Source: Paramoeba atlantica
Lineage: Eukaryota; Protista; Discosea
Assembly: GCA_977017575.1 (NCBI GenBank)
Contig: CDRNVI010000004.1
Span: 248,001 to 312,000 of the forward strand
Direction: 5' to 3'
DNA: 64,000 bases
Positions 26,701 through 36,632 of the stretch are shown here, in pieces; within the stretch, counting starts at the first letter, position 1, and the number at the start of each line of letters is the position of its first letter. The notes beneath the pieces are model-generated. The model worked only from the letters and a program-made list of their open reading frames with translations. It ran no database searches and was not told where the DNA came from. The position numbers were made by a program, and so were the translations under genes.

Positions 26701-27325
26701 AGTCGTTGATTATCTTTAGTATTTGGTCCGGAGCTTTCATTGTTTCTTCGGCGACCTCGGCCACCCGATCGTCCTCCGAGATGTCTGATCCTGATGCAGA
26801 TGAGCTCTCCGATCCTTCGTCATGTGACATGTCCGCTTGTCCGAGGTTCGCCTTCGTTAGATCAGAGCTACGGAGTATCACTTTTACCTTTTTCGGAGTT
26901 TTCTTCAGTCGTGTCTCTTTTCTGATCTTAATTTTCAAGGATGACTCTCCAGTTTGACTTCTTCGTAGAATTTCATTTCTCCGAACACTGGCAAAAGCGG
27001 TTTCCTCGTCTTTCGTGTTGTGGCGGCCGTGGTCTGACGTTGGGTTTTTCTCGATGCTTTGCGCTTTGTGTTCCATCTTCTTTTGCCAGTTGAGGGGAAT
27101 ATGCTGTGGAATGGGGGTTGTGTACATGAGGTCGTCGTACGTGCTAGCGTCTTGGATGAGTTTCTTGTTTGCCTCAAACTGGTCCCATGATCCAATCTCG
27201 TGTCTATTCGCTTGTTCCGTAAAGTTCAAGTTGTGCTCCTTTACGCCAGTGGACCTCACTGCTGCAGTGTTCTGCTGCTGATGCGACGGCGTGCCTTGCG
27301 CCGCCCTCGGGGGAGGTTCTGACAT
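23753..27325 (-). CDS. Family A polyprotein, 1190 aa
   Basis: Same protein as 14796-18368. Confidence 0.93.
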   Translation of the reverse strand: MSEPPPRAAQGTPSHQQQNTAAVRSTGVKEHNLNFTEQANRHEIGSWDQFEANKKLIQDASTYDDLMYTTPIPQHIPLNWQKKMEHKAQSIEKNPTSDHGRHNTKDEETAFASVRRNEILRRSQTGESSLKIKIRKETRLKKTPKKVKVILRSSDLTKANLGQADMSHDEGSESSSASGSDISEDDRVAEVAEETMKAPDQILKIINDWGKGTTCELHWKFRHSSEIYQSIGEVVTRHSRKGAIRVKISYTPQHQPGPSGFLYLPASHKINIFRLRVVKLNRIVTQTPFLDIEETQDCDTGCDLEPLPPLAHIDPTFAAHVIAIFRSILRGYPTLKLITEKTSVWHKFLNAPRDSLTTVRQAIQRKYHVPNKLRNEEPAFSSPDEKLEREVDRRSIRSALRTARAGNLSKATRILDNVYFDSNLSVEEKVAELKSLHPDGERPQAQTDADPRTGIIEKHELRAAIEKLAPGASPGPTGLSEAMLRLLADDEESSTALCHMLRDVVNGEIASSVRDRLTRCRLMAINKPQNGIRPIAIGETLLKVCGSILLNRNEEKLKKFFQPVQRGILQKNACEGIVHELLDEYDKGHAILAIDYKNAYNTPTRQAIFEALKKDGIFKPFMRIFNLEYGDSSDLLFFANNSLHSIVKSTSGVRQGSALSSLYFCALIQDSLKEIEESFPDVTVRAYMDDITLSSTNPLSLQTAFLHLHESSRLLGLEMNFQKCEWFKKTDTPWTPQTLQAMGVACPQETVKILGAYIGQDEMVSECLKKKMDKHKCLFRRLRLMGPSNLSLAILNRCAIPRQDYHLRVHKPEASLEIAQQFDAEVGSIIQHWFNATGPTAKLATLPQYLGGLGLTPSCLKQKHFFQASRKAIEEQSKTNNAPVVIAGSKRNRALNERDSQKNDTSKRLVMKAIRSEQKRFATELRKDMRLKELMERGSASFHHLQSTSNYINPYLFRFCIMMRLGIVPENMPKSVVCPGCLTEYSSDTIFQHIPGCTQCCGINATKKHTRLVRFLGELCAKAGVPHVIEPRVHSSFFCTKCKATISEELSEHHPCRARRMRSGPDLGIMWSHLGEILYDVTVVHSCAPSYAKTSVEQLIQNALERKHKKYVVQGGIPKESFSCLAMTELGQLHNNTKTLIVSLAQRSQQNVKDVKEAFQLEIEKMNAYTIATQLRQYFPPIQWLGGLEH

Positions 27326-27371
27326 AAAAGAAAGAAAAGCAAAGTAGTAAAAATTCAACAAGGTACAGAAA

Positions 27372-27624
27372 GTACTTTGTGCCAAAAGTTCCAGACGTAC
27401 TCCGAATCGACATGCACAACGAAGGATTCTTGCTTACCCTCCCCGATTTGCAGTGCAAGAAAAAATGCGTGAAGCTCTGATCTGATGGATGTGGCGTCCG
27501 CCTTTTGCAATGATTGTTTCTTCGAAAAGGCAACATACCCGTTCTGTGCCACAGCTACCGCAGCTCCCGCGACTATTTGGTTGAATTTACGTTGTGATGA
27601 CCCATCACAATACATGTGCAAGAG
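27372..27624 (-). pseudogene. RNase H N-half
   Basis: LHMYCDGSS..RSELHA..VHVDSEYV carries the first three catalytic acidic residues (D, E, D). Confidence 0.88.
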
Positions 27625-30600
27625 TCACTCACTCACTCACTCTACACTAACTCCATAGAGTTAGTTAAGTATTTATCTATATTCATTCTTAAATTTCCTC
27701 ATATTACTTTCGAGCAACTTATTTTTCAAGTGGAAATTTCCCCCCAATACCTTCCCCACTGCATACAGCTCAGTGATCGCTTGCCCTGGTAGGTGGCCGC
27801 ATTTCGTGGTTTCTAGCGGGGGCGACGCTTTGCTTGAGCTGTTTGATTCCCGTCCCGTAGACTACCGCGGCGACAATTGGCACTGGTGTTAGAGATCCTT
27901 GCTACCTCTGGCATGCCAGGCTCGGAAAGGAGATCAGGATTTTGACCTTCGCTTGTCGCGGCGGAGGTTTTGCGCTTTTTCTTCGAAGAGTTGCGTGAAA
28001 GAGCTGCTTTGGCTATTAAATCGCACTTCTCGTTGTAAATATTTCCGCAGTGACCTTTCACCTTAAAAACAAAAAGCTGCACACTACGCGCTTCTAAGCC
28101 TCGAAAAGCGTGTTCCAGATCCAAATATATATCGCTATTTGGAAGGCCTTCAAAACCAATCAAATAATACTTTTTTCTAATCACATTTGACAAATGCCAA
28201 ACTACCCAGGAATCCGTATGCAGTATGATTCTTTCCCTATCTTGTGGTGCCCTTTGTATGGCTGTTAGTGCCGCATATAGTTCCGCCCTCTCCGGCGAGC
28301 CGCAGCCTAAAGTTTCCTTGCAAATGGCAAAGCTTGACACTTCCTTCCCACATTGTACTTCAACCATTCCCAGCCCCATTTTCCCAATAAACCCAGAACT
28401 CACCGATGCATCAGAATAAATATGTAAAGCACCTTCGTCGATTATAAATGGCGTGGTGCCTTCCTCCGCATACTGAAGATCCGATAAATTGGTATCCCGA
28501 AGTGCTGTTGAGGTAACCTTATGCCAACCTTTTCCCCGATAGCTCACGTATGTTTTCTTGCGCCCAAGGCTAGCTTGCAGATTCTCAACTTGGGTCTGCC
28601 AATATTTTCGATCCCCTGCATAGACCAATGCTTGTTCAATCATGATCCCCATATCGCCCATGCAGGCTTCAGAAGGAGAATGAATCCTGCTTTTTTCTTT
28701 AACGTTCCACTGCACAAGCTCGGAATATATCTCCGAATGTCTTATCAGGTGCCCTAGAAGTCGTGCCCGGTTTACCTTATGTAGTGTGGAGAATGATGGT
28801 GTGTCAACGTAAAGGGCTGTAAGAGGTATACTTTTCCCACGGTGGTCCAATTTTGGGCAACGACATATGATGCGACGCATTTTGTTTACCTGAATGTCTA
28901 CCCAATTTAACGTTTTATCCGTCAATACAAGAGTACCTGAGTTATAGTTCAGAACGGGGTAAACCAGTGTATCGAAAAGGCGAAGTTTAGTTTTCACAGA
29001 TAGTGGTGATATCCATATTCCTTGAAATTTTGAGAAGCTTGCCCAGGTAAGCCGCACCCTGTCCCTAATGCACGCCTTGGGGTCCTGTTCATGAAAAAGG
29101 TGCCCTAGGTAACGGTAACTCTCGACGTGTGGAACCTTTCCCAATGTATCGGATATTATTTCTTCGATGTTGTTATTTTTTCCTATGCTCATCCAGGCGG
29201 TTTTGGTGGGCCCAACAGCAATCTTTAAATTCGCAGCAAGGGCTTGCTCTGCTGTATCTTCCATCATGCTTTGCAAGTCTTCCTTGTCGCTCCCAAATAG
29301 GAGCAAATCGTCAGCATAATTCAGATCAGTGAGCCGCGTTTCCCGTAACCCTCTGCTCCTCGTACCCTTGGATGATAATAAGATGCCGTGGGGTTTTGAA
29401 TCTATTGCCTTAAATAATATTCGATCCAGGACCATAACAAAGAGGTACGGTGCGAGAACGTCGCCCTGTAGAATTCCTGTCGTGATGGGGAAAGCTTCCG
29501 TTAGCCCATACGGTGTACGAACGACGCCTCTCATATTGCGATAGACCGACATAATCATTTCTACTAACTTGGGGCCAATGTGGAATGCTACCAGAGATGC
29601 CCTGATAGCATCAAACGAAACAGATGGAAAAGCCTTTGCAAAATCCACGAAACCAATGTTGAGCCCATTTTCCCGCAAAGCTTTAACTCTTGCTTCGTTG
29701 AGAATCGCCTGGGCTTGAGTTGTTGAGCGATCTGGTCGAAACCCATATTGATTCTCGCGAAGCATGGGCTCCACATAAGGTCTCATTCGTTGCAAGATTA
29801 AACTGTTCATTAGTTTGACGATGCAATTCACTAAGCAAATAGGTCGCCAGTTCTTAAGAAGACTCAAATCACCCTTTTTTGGTATAGGAACTTGTAAGAC
29901 ATCACCCCAAACATCCGGAGCCATCCCGGTATCGTGAACTCTGTTTATGACACATAGCAGCCAATCTCGAAGTAACTCGTTACCAGCTATGCATTTCAAG
30001 GCTTCCATTGGGATTTCGTCTTTTCCTGGCGATTTTCCTTTACCAAAGTGTGAGATGCCAATTTGAAGCTCATCTTCCGTAAAAGTGGAGTCGTTAATCG
30101 TGTTAGGGGATGGTTTGGCCTCAGGAAATTTTATATTCGTGTCCCCCCCGGCGTCTCCCGCAAAGGCTTCGAAGAATGATTTGATTTCCGCCAGCTTTTG
30201 TTTATTACAGGTCCCTGAAATCTTAAAATCGGCGCGATGAACTCCACATATTTCTTTCAGAGCTCTCCATGGGCTGGAATGATTCTTCTTTAGTTTAGTT
30301 TCCAGGACATCACATGATTTGGCTATTGCTTCCTCTATTGGCACCTGTGTTTGTAAAACCAATTCATTGAAGTCCTTGTGTTTTCTGCTTAGCTCAAAGA
30401 TTCTGCGCAAATAACCAGTTTCGGTTCCTTCGAGCGTTTCCATTGGCGAATCGATTTCAAGAGATATTTTGTTTTGTGGTTTCGGAATTTCCCTGCCAGA
30501 CGATCGAAGGCAAGAGGCAAGAAGATCCCAGGAAGGGAAATCCTTGTTGTGCAGTTCGCCTTTGACATGATCGCAGATTCGTTTGTTAAATTTTTCACTA

Positions 30601-32058
30601 TGTTCTGGGTTAGAAAGTTGAAGCCAGGGAATCTTATTTCTGTGGGTATTTGTGGAAACTTTCCATTTGATCTTGATCTCGGCTCTCACCAGAAAGTGTA
30701 CAGTTGGTGTTGGTGCGCCAAAAACTTGATGTTTATGTAGGGCAGACGCAAAGCGCGAACACACTGCAATGTGATCGAGCTGTCGCTTAGCATCGTTCGG
30801 CAGTATACATGTATATTTACGGCGGCTTGGGCATAAGATGTGCCCCGATTTACAATTTATTCCTTCTAAAAGGCCTTCTAATCTTTCCATTGATAGCGCG
30901 TCCTCTTCTGTCTTATTTTTAAAAGTGAGCGGTGCATTCAAATCTCCAAGGAGAAGAGCTGGCCGTCGTGAATATTTACCAACTGCGTCATGAAACGCAG
31001 TGGTGAGAGAAATGTCAAACTCTTCCATTGCATCTTGTGAAGAATCGCGCGTCGGCCCATATACATTCATGATAAAGGCCGACCCCCCTTCTATAGTAAA
31101 CTCGGCCCCCATGATCCTGTCACTCACCTTCCAAACCTTCAAAAACGGATGCTGAGAGATAAACCCCATACCGTTGTACCCATTCACCGCCGACAAAAGG
31201 TAGATGAAAAAGTGTTTATCTCCGTACCGTAGTTGCCTGCGCAAAATGTCAGACCCACCGCTAGAAGTAAAAGAGAATCTTGTTTCCTGTAAAGCCAGAA
31301 CATGCAAATCTTTCTGAGCCATATATCGCAATGTTTCATGTAATCGGGAGGATGCTTTCAGTCTGAAAACGTCGTCGCCCTTAAGTTTCAACGAAGTCGT
31401 GTTAAGAGTTCCTATAGATAAATACTTCCTCACAGCAGACCTTTCAGGGTCGTTGTCGCGAAGAGCATGCTTGCCACACAGTGCCCTATTTTTCCGTACT
31501 TTCTTTCGGGTATTCGAACGTCGAGGTTTCCGAATTCGCACCCCACACAGCACTATACGTGGGTCATACGGCGGGAAAGGAAGCGTTTCCGATCGCCGGT
31601 AGTATTTCACCCGCCAGCGACCTAGCTGAAAGAGAGACCCATAACCTCTCTGTGTAACATCCCCCCTCCAAACCCGATACTCCGCAGCCCCCGCATATCG
31701 CCAGCACAGCGCGATGCAGTCGCCAGGACGAAGAATTTTACATATTCTCATCACAGTACGCAGGCGAAGTTTAGCATGTCCATCAAAATCCAAAGTTGGT
31801 TCAAAATTCGTCGTGTATTTTTTTTGTTTTCTGTTTTTACAGTCTGCCTTCTTTTTCTATTCCGTAAAAAAAACGCCTTCAAATATCTTTTTTTTTTACT
31901 TTTTGTATGTCTTCATATCACACATATTCATCATTTTGCACGTGCCTCCTTCTAAAAAAAAGCAAAAAGGACACCCCGACCTAACGTGGACCGTACTAGA
32001 AGATTCACTATACTCTTCTCGCAAGGCCCGGACGCCTTCGCCATAATTTTGAAGAATA
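27625..32058 (-). mobile_element. Ingi-like LINE (APE-RT-RNase H)
   Basis: Single long ORF; (GTGA)n tail at 27625-27642; 5' limit approximate; candidate trans-splice acceptor (pyrimidine tract plus AG) at ~31952. Confidence 0.82.
27813..31793 (-). CDS. APE endonuclease / reverse transcriptase / RNase H polyprotein, ~1326 aa
   Basis: TLNTTSL, LQETR, NVYGPT, GDLNA, LDHI (APE); NWRPICL, QYGFRP, DFAKAF, QGDVLAP, YADD (RT); YSDAS, AEL, HTDS, VKGH..NEKCD (RNase H). True start may be ATG ~31751. Confidence 0.92.
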   Translation of the reverse strand: MDFDGHAKLRLRTVMRICKILRPGDCIALCWRYAGAAEYRVWRGDVTQRGYGSLFQLGRWRVKYYRRSETLPFPPYDPRIVLCGVRIRKPRRSNTRKKVRKNRALCGKHALRDNDPERSAVRKYLSIGTLNTTSLKLKGDDVFRLKASSRLHETLRYMAQKDLHVLALQETRFSFTSSGGSDILRRQLRYGDKHFFIYLLSAVNGYNGMGFISQHPFLKVWKVSDRIMGAEFTIEGGSAFIMNVYGPTRDSSQDAMEEFDISLTTAFHDAVGKYSRRPALLLGDLNAPLTFKNKTEEDALSMERLEGLLEGINCKSGHILCPSRRKYTCILPNDAKRQLDHIAVCSRFASALHKHQVFGAPTPTVHFLVRAEIKIKWKVSTNTHRNKIPWLQLSNPEHSEKFNKRICDHVKGELHNKDFPSWDLLASCLRSSGREIPKPQNKISLEIDSPMETLEGTETGYLRRIFELSRKHKDFNELVLQTQVPIEEAIAKSCDVLETKLKKNHSSPWRALKEICGVHRADFKISGTCNKQKLAEIKSFFEAFAGDAGGDTNIKFPEAKPSPNTINDSTFTEDELQIGISHFGKGKSPGKDEIPMEALKCIAGNELLRDWLLCVINRVHDTGMAPDVWGDVLQVPIPKKGDLSLLKNWRPICLVNCIVKLMNSLILQRMRPYVEPMLRENQYGFRPDRSTTQAQAILNEARVKALRENGLNIGFVDFAKAFPSVSFDAIRASLVAFHIGPKLVEMIMSVYRNMRGVVRTPYGLTEAFPITTGILQGDVLAPYLFVMVLDRILFKAIDSKPHGILLSSKGTRSRGLRETRLTDLNYADDLLLFGSDKEDLQSMMEDTAEQALAANLKIAVGPTKTAWMSIGKNNNIEEIISDTLGKVPHVESYRYLGHLFHEQDPKACIRDRVRLTWASFSKFQGIWISPLSVKTKLRLFDTLVYPVLNYNSGTLVLTDKTLNWVDIQVNKMRRIICRCPKLDHRGKSIPLTALYVDTPSFSTLHKVNRARLLGHLIRHSEIYSELVQWNVKEKSRIHSPSEACMGDMGIMIEQALVYAGDRKYWQTQVENLQASLGRKKTYVSYRGKGWHKVTSTALRDTNLSDLQYAEEGTTPFIIDEGALHIYSDASVSSGFIGKMGLGMVEVQCGKEVSSFAICKETLGCGSPERAELYAALTAIQRAPQDRERIILHTDSWVVWHLSNVIRKKYYLIGFEGLPNSDIYLDLEHAFRGLEARSVQLFVFKVKGHCGNIYNEKCDLIAKAALSRNSSKKKRKTSAATSEGQNPDLLSEPGMPEVARISNTSANCRRGSLRDGNQTAQAKRRPR

Positions 32059-32096
32059 TTCAAAAAAACAAAGGTCTTCAAAAAAACAAAGGTCTT
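32059..32096. repeat. Two units of the 18-bp minisatellite (other side of the D insertion)
   Basis: ttcaaaaaaacaaaggtc x2, same unit as 60504-60897. Confidence 0.88.
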
Positions 32097-32545
32097 GTTT
32101 TCGTACGTCCCACTTGGGGATTAGCATCCCACACGGGAAAAAAGCAGAAAAGGCCGGATTAAAACTCAAATCAGAATTTTGAGGTGTAGCATACTTCTTA
32201 TTCTACATATAAAATTTATTAAATGCTTCAATTACTTTCACAAGTTCTCATTATCGTATGATGATGATGTATATTTATACGAAGATTATTTTTTTTTGGG
32301 TGTGCACCCCCCTAGGCCCACCGGAAGCCTACCCACTTTTCATATGGATTTTCATCATATAAAAATCCATTTCTAAAGAAAATACCTTTCTTTCTTAAGC
32401 AAAAAGGAAATTTGTCCATTTAATAGCCCTCAGAGTTTAGTGTCCTGTATCTGTGCCCATGTTGTCGTTGTTGGGTCCTGTATTTGTGCCCATGTTGAAT
32501 AATACGAGATAGACTTGACTTTGGAGACTAGAAGATTATTTGGCT

Positions 32546-34270
32546 TCAAAGGCTTATGCCACCTAGCCATTTTTCACCCTGTATGTGGTTCCGCAATTGC
32601 GATACGATAGTGTAAGCCGCAAACTTTTCATTTTCCAATTGAAAAGCTTCACGTATAACTTTTGGGTCAGAATCCGCTCGTTTTGCAAGGGCTTTGATCA
32701 AGACCTTGGTATCTTCATGTAACATTCCACAATCCGTTAAAGCGATGCAACGAAAATACTCTGGTTCTAATCCCTTCTCTACAACGTATTTCCGATGTTT
32801 TCTTTCTACGGCACTCTCTAACAGGGCTTTGCTGGTCTGTTTCTGGTAACTGCTGCATAGTGTGTGGACAACTGTGACATCATATAGAACTTCTCCAATA
32901 TCTGGCCACATTATCGCCAGATCTGGGCCAGATCGTATACGACGAGCTCGGCATGGGTGCCTCTCTGCTGCTTCTGGTGATATGGAGCACTTGCACTTTG
33001 TGCAGAAAAACGAGGAATACAGACGCGGTTCCACGGCACATGGTAGGCCTGCTTTCCCACACAGATTTGATAGGTATCTCACAATGTGTGAGTGCTTTCT
33101 TGTGCAATTCATTCCGGCACATTTCGAGCATCCGGCGACATGAGGAATTATACCAATCGGCGATTCACTGATCCCACAGCCTGGGCAAGAGATTGTACTT
33201 GAAGCATTAGGCAGTCCAATAGCTAATCTCATCTTGAGTGTTTGCTGAAATAAGTACGGGTTTACATAATTGTTTGTCGAGAGTAGATGATAATTCGCTT
33301 CTTTGGAACGTTTTATAACCCCACTGAAACGAGGATTCGATTTCAGCTCCGCTGCTAGCTTTTCGTGCTCACTATTTGCCATTTTTTTCATTGCAGTACG
33401 TGCGCATTGTGATCCCGTTGTCCTCATACCTTTTCGTTGCTTCTCGAGTTTTACCGGAGCTTCATGTGGTTTGAATTGCTCATCGATAGATTGACGAGAA
33501 GCGTCAAAGAGGTAACGATGTTTTAGGATCGTTGAGGTTATTCCCAGTCCTCCCATTTTGCATGGCAAAGAAGCGAGTGTTAGAGCATCTTCGTCAGCGT
33601 CACACCATTTCACTAAGACCTGCCGGATCTCCTTATCGAATTCCTGTGCTAGAAGAAGGGAAGCTCCCGGTTTGTGTACTCGCAAGTGATAATCATGACG
33701 TGGTAATGTACAGCGTTTGAGAATTGCTAGTGAGAGATTGTTTGGGCCCATGCGACTGAGTCTTCGAAACAAACAGTTGTGTTTTTCTAATTTTTCAAGG
33801 AGCATGCGTTCTACTGCTTTGTTGCTCCCTATGTATCCTCCAAGTACTTTGATTGTGTCAACGCAGTCTTGAACCCCTAGTTCTCGGAGTGTCGAACCTT
33901 TGAAGTGCTGTGCCTTAGACCCTTGAAAAATTTCGCATTTCCGGAAGTTTATTTCCAAGTTCAAGTCGTTCGTAAGCTCTTTAAAGTGCTGAAACGCAAC
34001 CTCGAGAGAAGCTTCATTTTTGGAGCTCATCGTGACGTCGTCCTGGTATGCTCTTATAGTAACTTCGGGGTATGCTTCTGCTACTTCCTTCAACGCTCCA
34101 TGCAGCACAGTGCAGAAATAAACTGATGATAGCGCTGACCCTTGTCGAACTCCTGAAGAGCTTTGGATGACAGAATGTAGGGAGTTATTTGCAAAGAAGA
34201 GAAGTTCCGTTGGCTGACCATATTCCAAGTAAAACATTCGCATGAAGTGCTTGAAAATGGGATACTGTGT
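32546..34270 (-). pseudogene. Family D 3' part (RT C-half, CCHC, RLE)
   Basis: QGSALS, AYQDD, CPGC..HVAGC, GPDL..YDVTV; clear paralogue of family A. Confidence 0.9.
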
Positions 34271-34813
34271 TAAATTCACAATCCTGTGGAAGGGGTAGAC
34301 ACAGATTCTCAGTGCGCGACCCGCGCGCTGGAGCGCACGGGTCGCGAAAAAATATTATTATGTCCCAGGGCTATGCTCACAGTTGGGCCTTGCTCGCAAA
34401 CGGGGGCTTTTGCCACCAGTAGTGGGCTTCGCTCACAGTTGGGCCTTTCTTCCTCCTCCCTCTAAGGTCCTGCAGATTTTTTGAGCTGGAGCGCACGGGT
34501 CGCCAAAAAATATTATTATGTCCCAGGGTTACGCTCTCAGTTGGGCCTTGCCTCTGGATAATACTGCGGAAGGGGTAGACACAGGTTCTCAGTGCGCGAC
34601 CCGCGCGCTGGAGCGCACGGGTCGCCAAAAAATATTATTATGTCCCAGGGCTACGCTCACAGTTGGCCCTTCGCAAAAAGTTGATAAAATACGAAAAATT
34701 GAAAAAGTCAAAAACACCTTCGATGAGTACTCATCGAAAGTCTACAACTTTCCGTGAGACTCATCGAAAGTCTACAACTTACGATGAGTACTCATCGAAG
34801 GTCCCCCCTAGCC
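34271..34813 (-). mobile_element. Truncated Merlin end (internal repeats plus one TIR)
   Basis: Matches 37960-38120 and 39014-39447; ends gaaggtcccccctagcc. Confidence 0.82.
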
Positions 34814-36430
34814 AAAAACGCTCCATGCAAAACGCTCCATGCAGCACAGTGCAGAAATAAACTGATGATAGCGCTGACCCTTGTCGAACTCCTGAAGAGC
34901 TTTGGATGACAGAATGTAGGGAGTTATTTGCAAAGAAGAGAAGTTCCGTTGGCTGACCATATTCCAAGTAAAACATTCGCATGAAGTGCTTGAAAATGGG
35001 ATACTGTGTCAAAGCTTTTTCTATCGCTGTGCGGTGAGGTGTGTTATACGCATTTTTGAAATCGATGGTGAGGACAGTATTCCCTGCTTCGTATTCTGAA
35101 AGTAACTCATGGACAATTGATTCGCAGGCATTTTTCTGTAGAATTCCGCGTTGGATTGGCTGAAAAAGCGACTTCAAAGCACTTTCATGACGCTGGAGAA
35201 GGATCGACCCACAAATTTTAAGTACCGTATCTCCCATCGCTACGGGTCGTACTCCGTTGTTTGGTTTTGCCAGCGCTATAATTCTGCAGCGGGTTAACCG
35301 TGAACGTACGCTTTGGGCTATCTCCCCATTTATGACGTCACGGAACATATGGCACAAGGAAAGGCAAGATTCTTCGTCTTCAGCTAGGAGCCTCATCATG
35401 CTTTCGCTAAAACCTGTGGGACCCGGTGATGCTCCTCGCGATAATTTTTCGGTTGCTAGGCGTAGTTCTGTGTTCTCGACGACTGCTATTCTAGGTAGTT
35501 CTTCATCTGTCCCTTGCGGCGAAGGTCCTTTCGGGTGAAGTAAGTTTAGCGCTCGAGCCTTTTCTTCAGCTGTGAGAGGAGAATCTCGATACACATTGTC
35601 CAGTATGCGTGTCGCTTTGCCAAGATTATTTGCCCTGGCCGCTTGTAAGGCACTACGAATTGAACGGCGATCAATATCTTGCTCAAGGCGTTCTTTTTCA
35701 CTTAGCTTGGAATCTTCTTCTCCCAATCGGAACTTCGTTGCTTTTCTCTCTGAGCTTTGCTTTCTTAGCAAGTTTTGGTGAATCGTGGCCAAGGAGTCTC
35801 TGGGTGCATTTAAAAGCTTGTGCCAAATGATGCATTTTTCTAATTCTGTCTTGGCTTTTGGGTACGCACCGATGATTGAGCGAAAAATTGCAACAACGTG
35901 TACAGAAAACGACGAATCAATTTGAGCAAATCTCGGTAGAGGATCTAAATCGCGTCCGTCCTCCGTTGTTTCACAGCCTTGATTTAGTTCTGCGTGCTTC
36001 TCCTCAGTGGATTCGAGGGCTGGAGCTCCACATTTGATTCTGTTTATCTTCACTTCGCTGATTGACCAAATTTTGATTTTCGCGGATTGCGGAAGATGAA
36101 GAAGCCCAGAAGGTCCTTCACTGCCATCTTTCGGTTTGTATGCAATTGTCAGCTTCACCAAACCTCGTCGTACAGTTCTCTTGGATACCGCCCCTATGCT
36201 GATGTAAGATTGTTTCTCGTTGAAGCTCCATCTGATTTCACATGTACTACCTTTGCCCCATTCCTTTATGATCTCATAAACACGATCAGGTGCTTTAGGA
36301 AATGCTCCGCTTGAAATTCCTTGAACTTCGTCCATCGACGTGTCTGAGAGTTCGCCGTCAGAGCTTTCCGGTGTCTCAGCATCTGAGCTGGACTTCGATG
36401 CGGAATCAACTTCGGAGTCGTCATAATTTT
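34814..36430 (-). pseudogene. Duplicated middle part of family D
   Basis: Copy of 39448-41064 (offset 4634) with one RTV/RAV difference. Confidence 0.88.
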
Positions 36431-36632
36431 GGGTAGGGGGGACCTTCGATGAGTACTCATCGAAAGTCTACAACTTTCCGTGAGTCTCATCGAAAGTTGT
36501 AAACTTCCCAAAAGAACACTTTTTTTTATAGTTTTTTCATTTTTTTTATTTTTTTTCATTTTTTTTTAGCCAGTCAGGTTTAGCCCTGAGTCCCAGCAAA
36601 CTACATGAATAGATATGTACAAAAATATTGTT

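Larger units (their letters stand above)
18824..27371 (-). mobile_element. Family A copy 4 (with B nested), inserted in the RNase H gene
   Basis: Flanked by 6-bp TSD gtactt (18818-18823 / 27372-27377); offset 8957 from copy 3. Confidence 0.9.

Noticed and set aside
31960-32050. L1Tc/ingi-type 5' HDV ribozyme (TCCACGT loop-like)
   Set aside because: P3 does not pair and no P4/J4-2 follows; the sequence continues as a pyrimidine tract
34715-34813. CRISPR-like palindromic repeats
   Set aside because: They are Merlin TIR/subterminal motifs; spacers are not unique, there are no cas genes, and the context is eukaryotic
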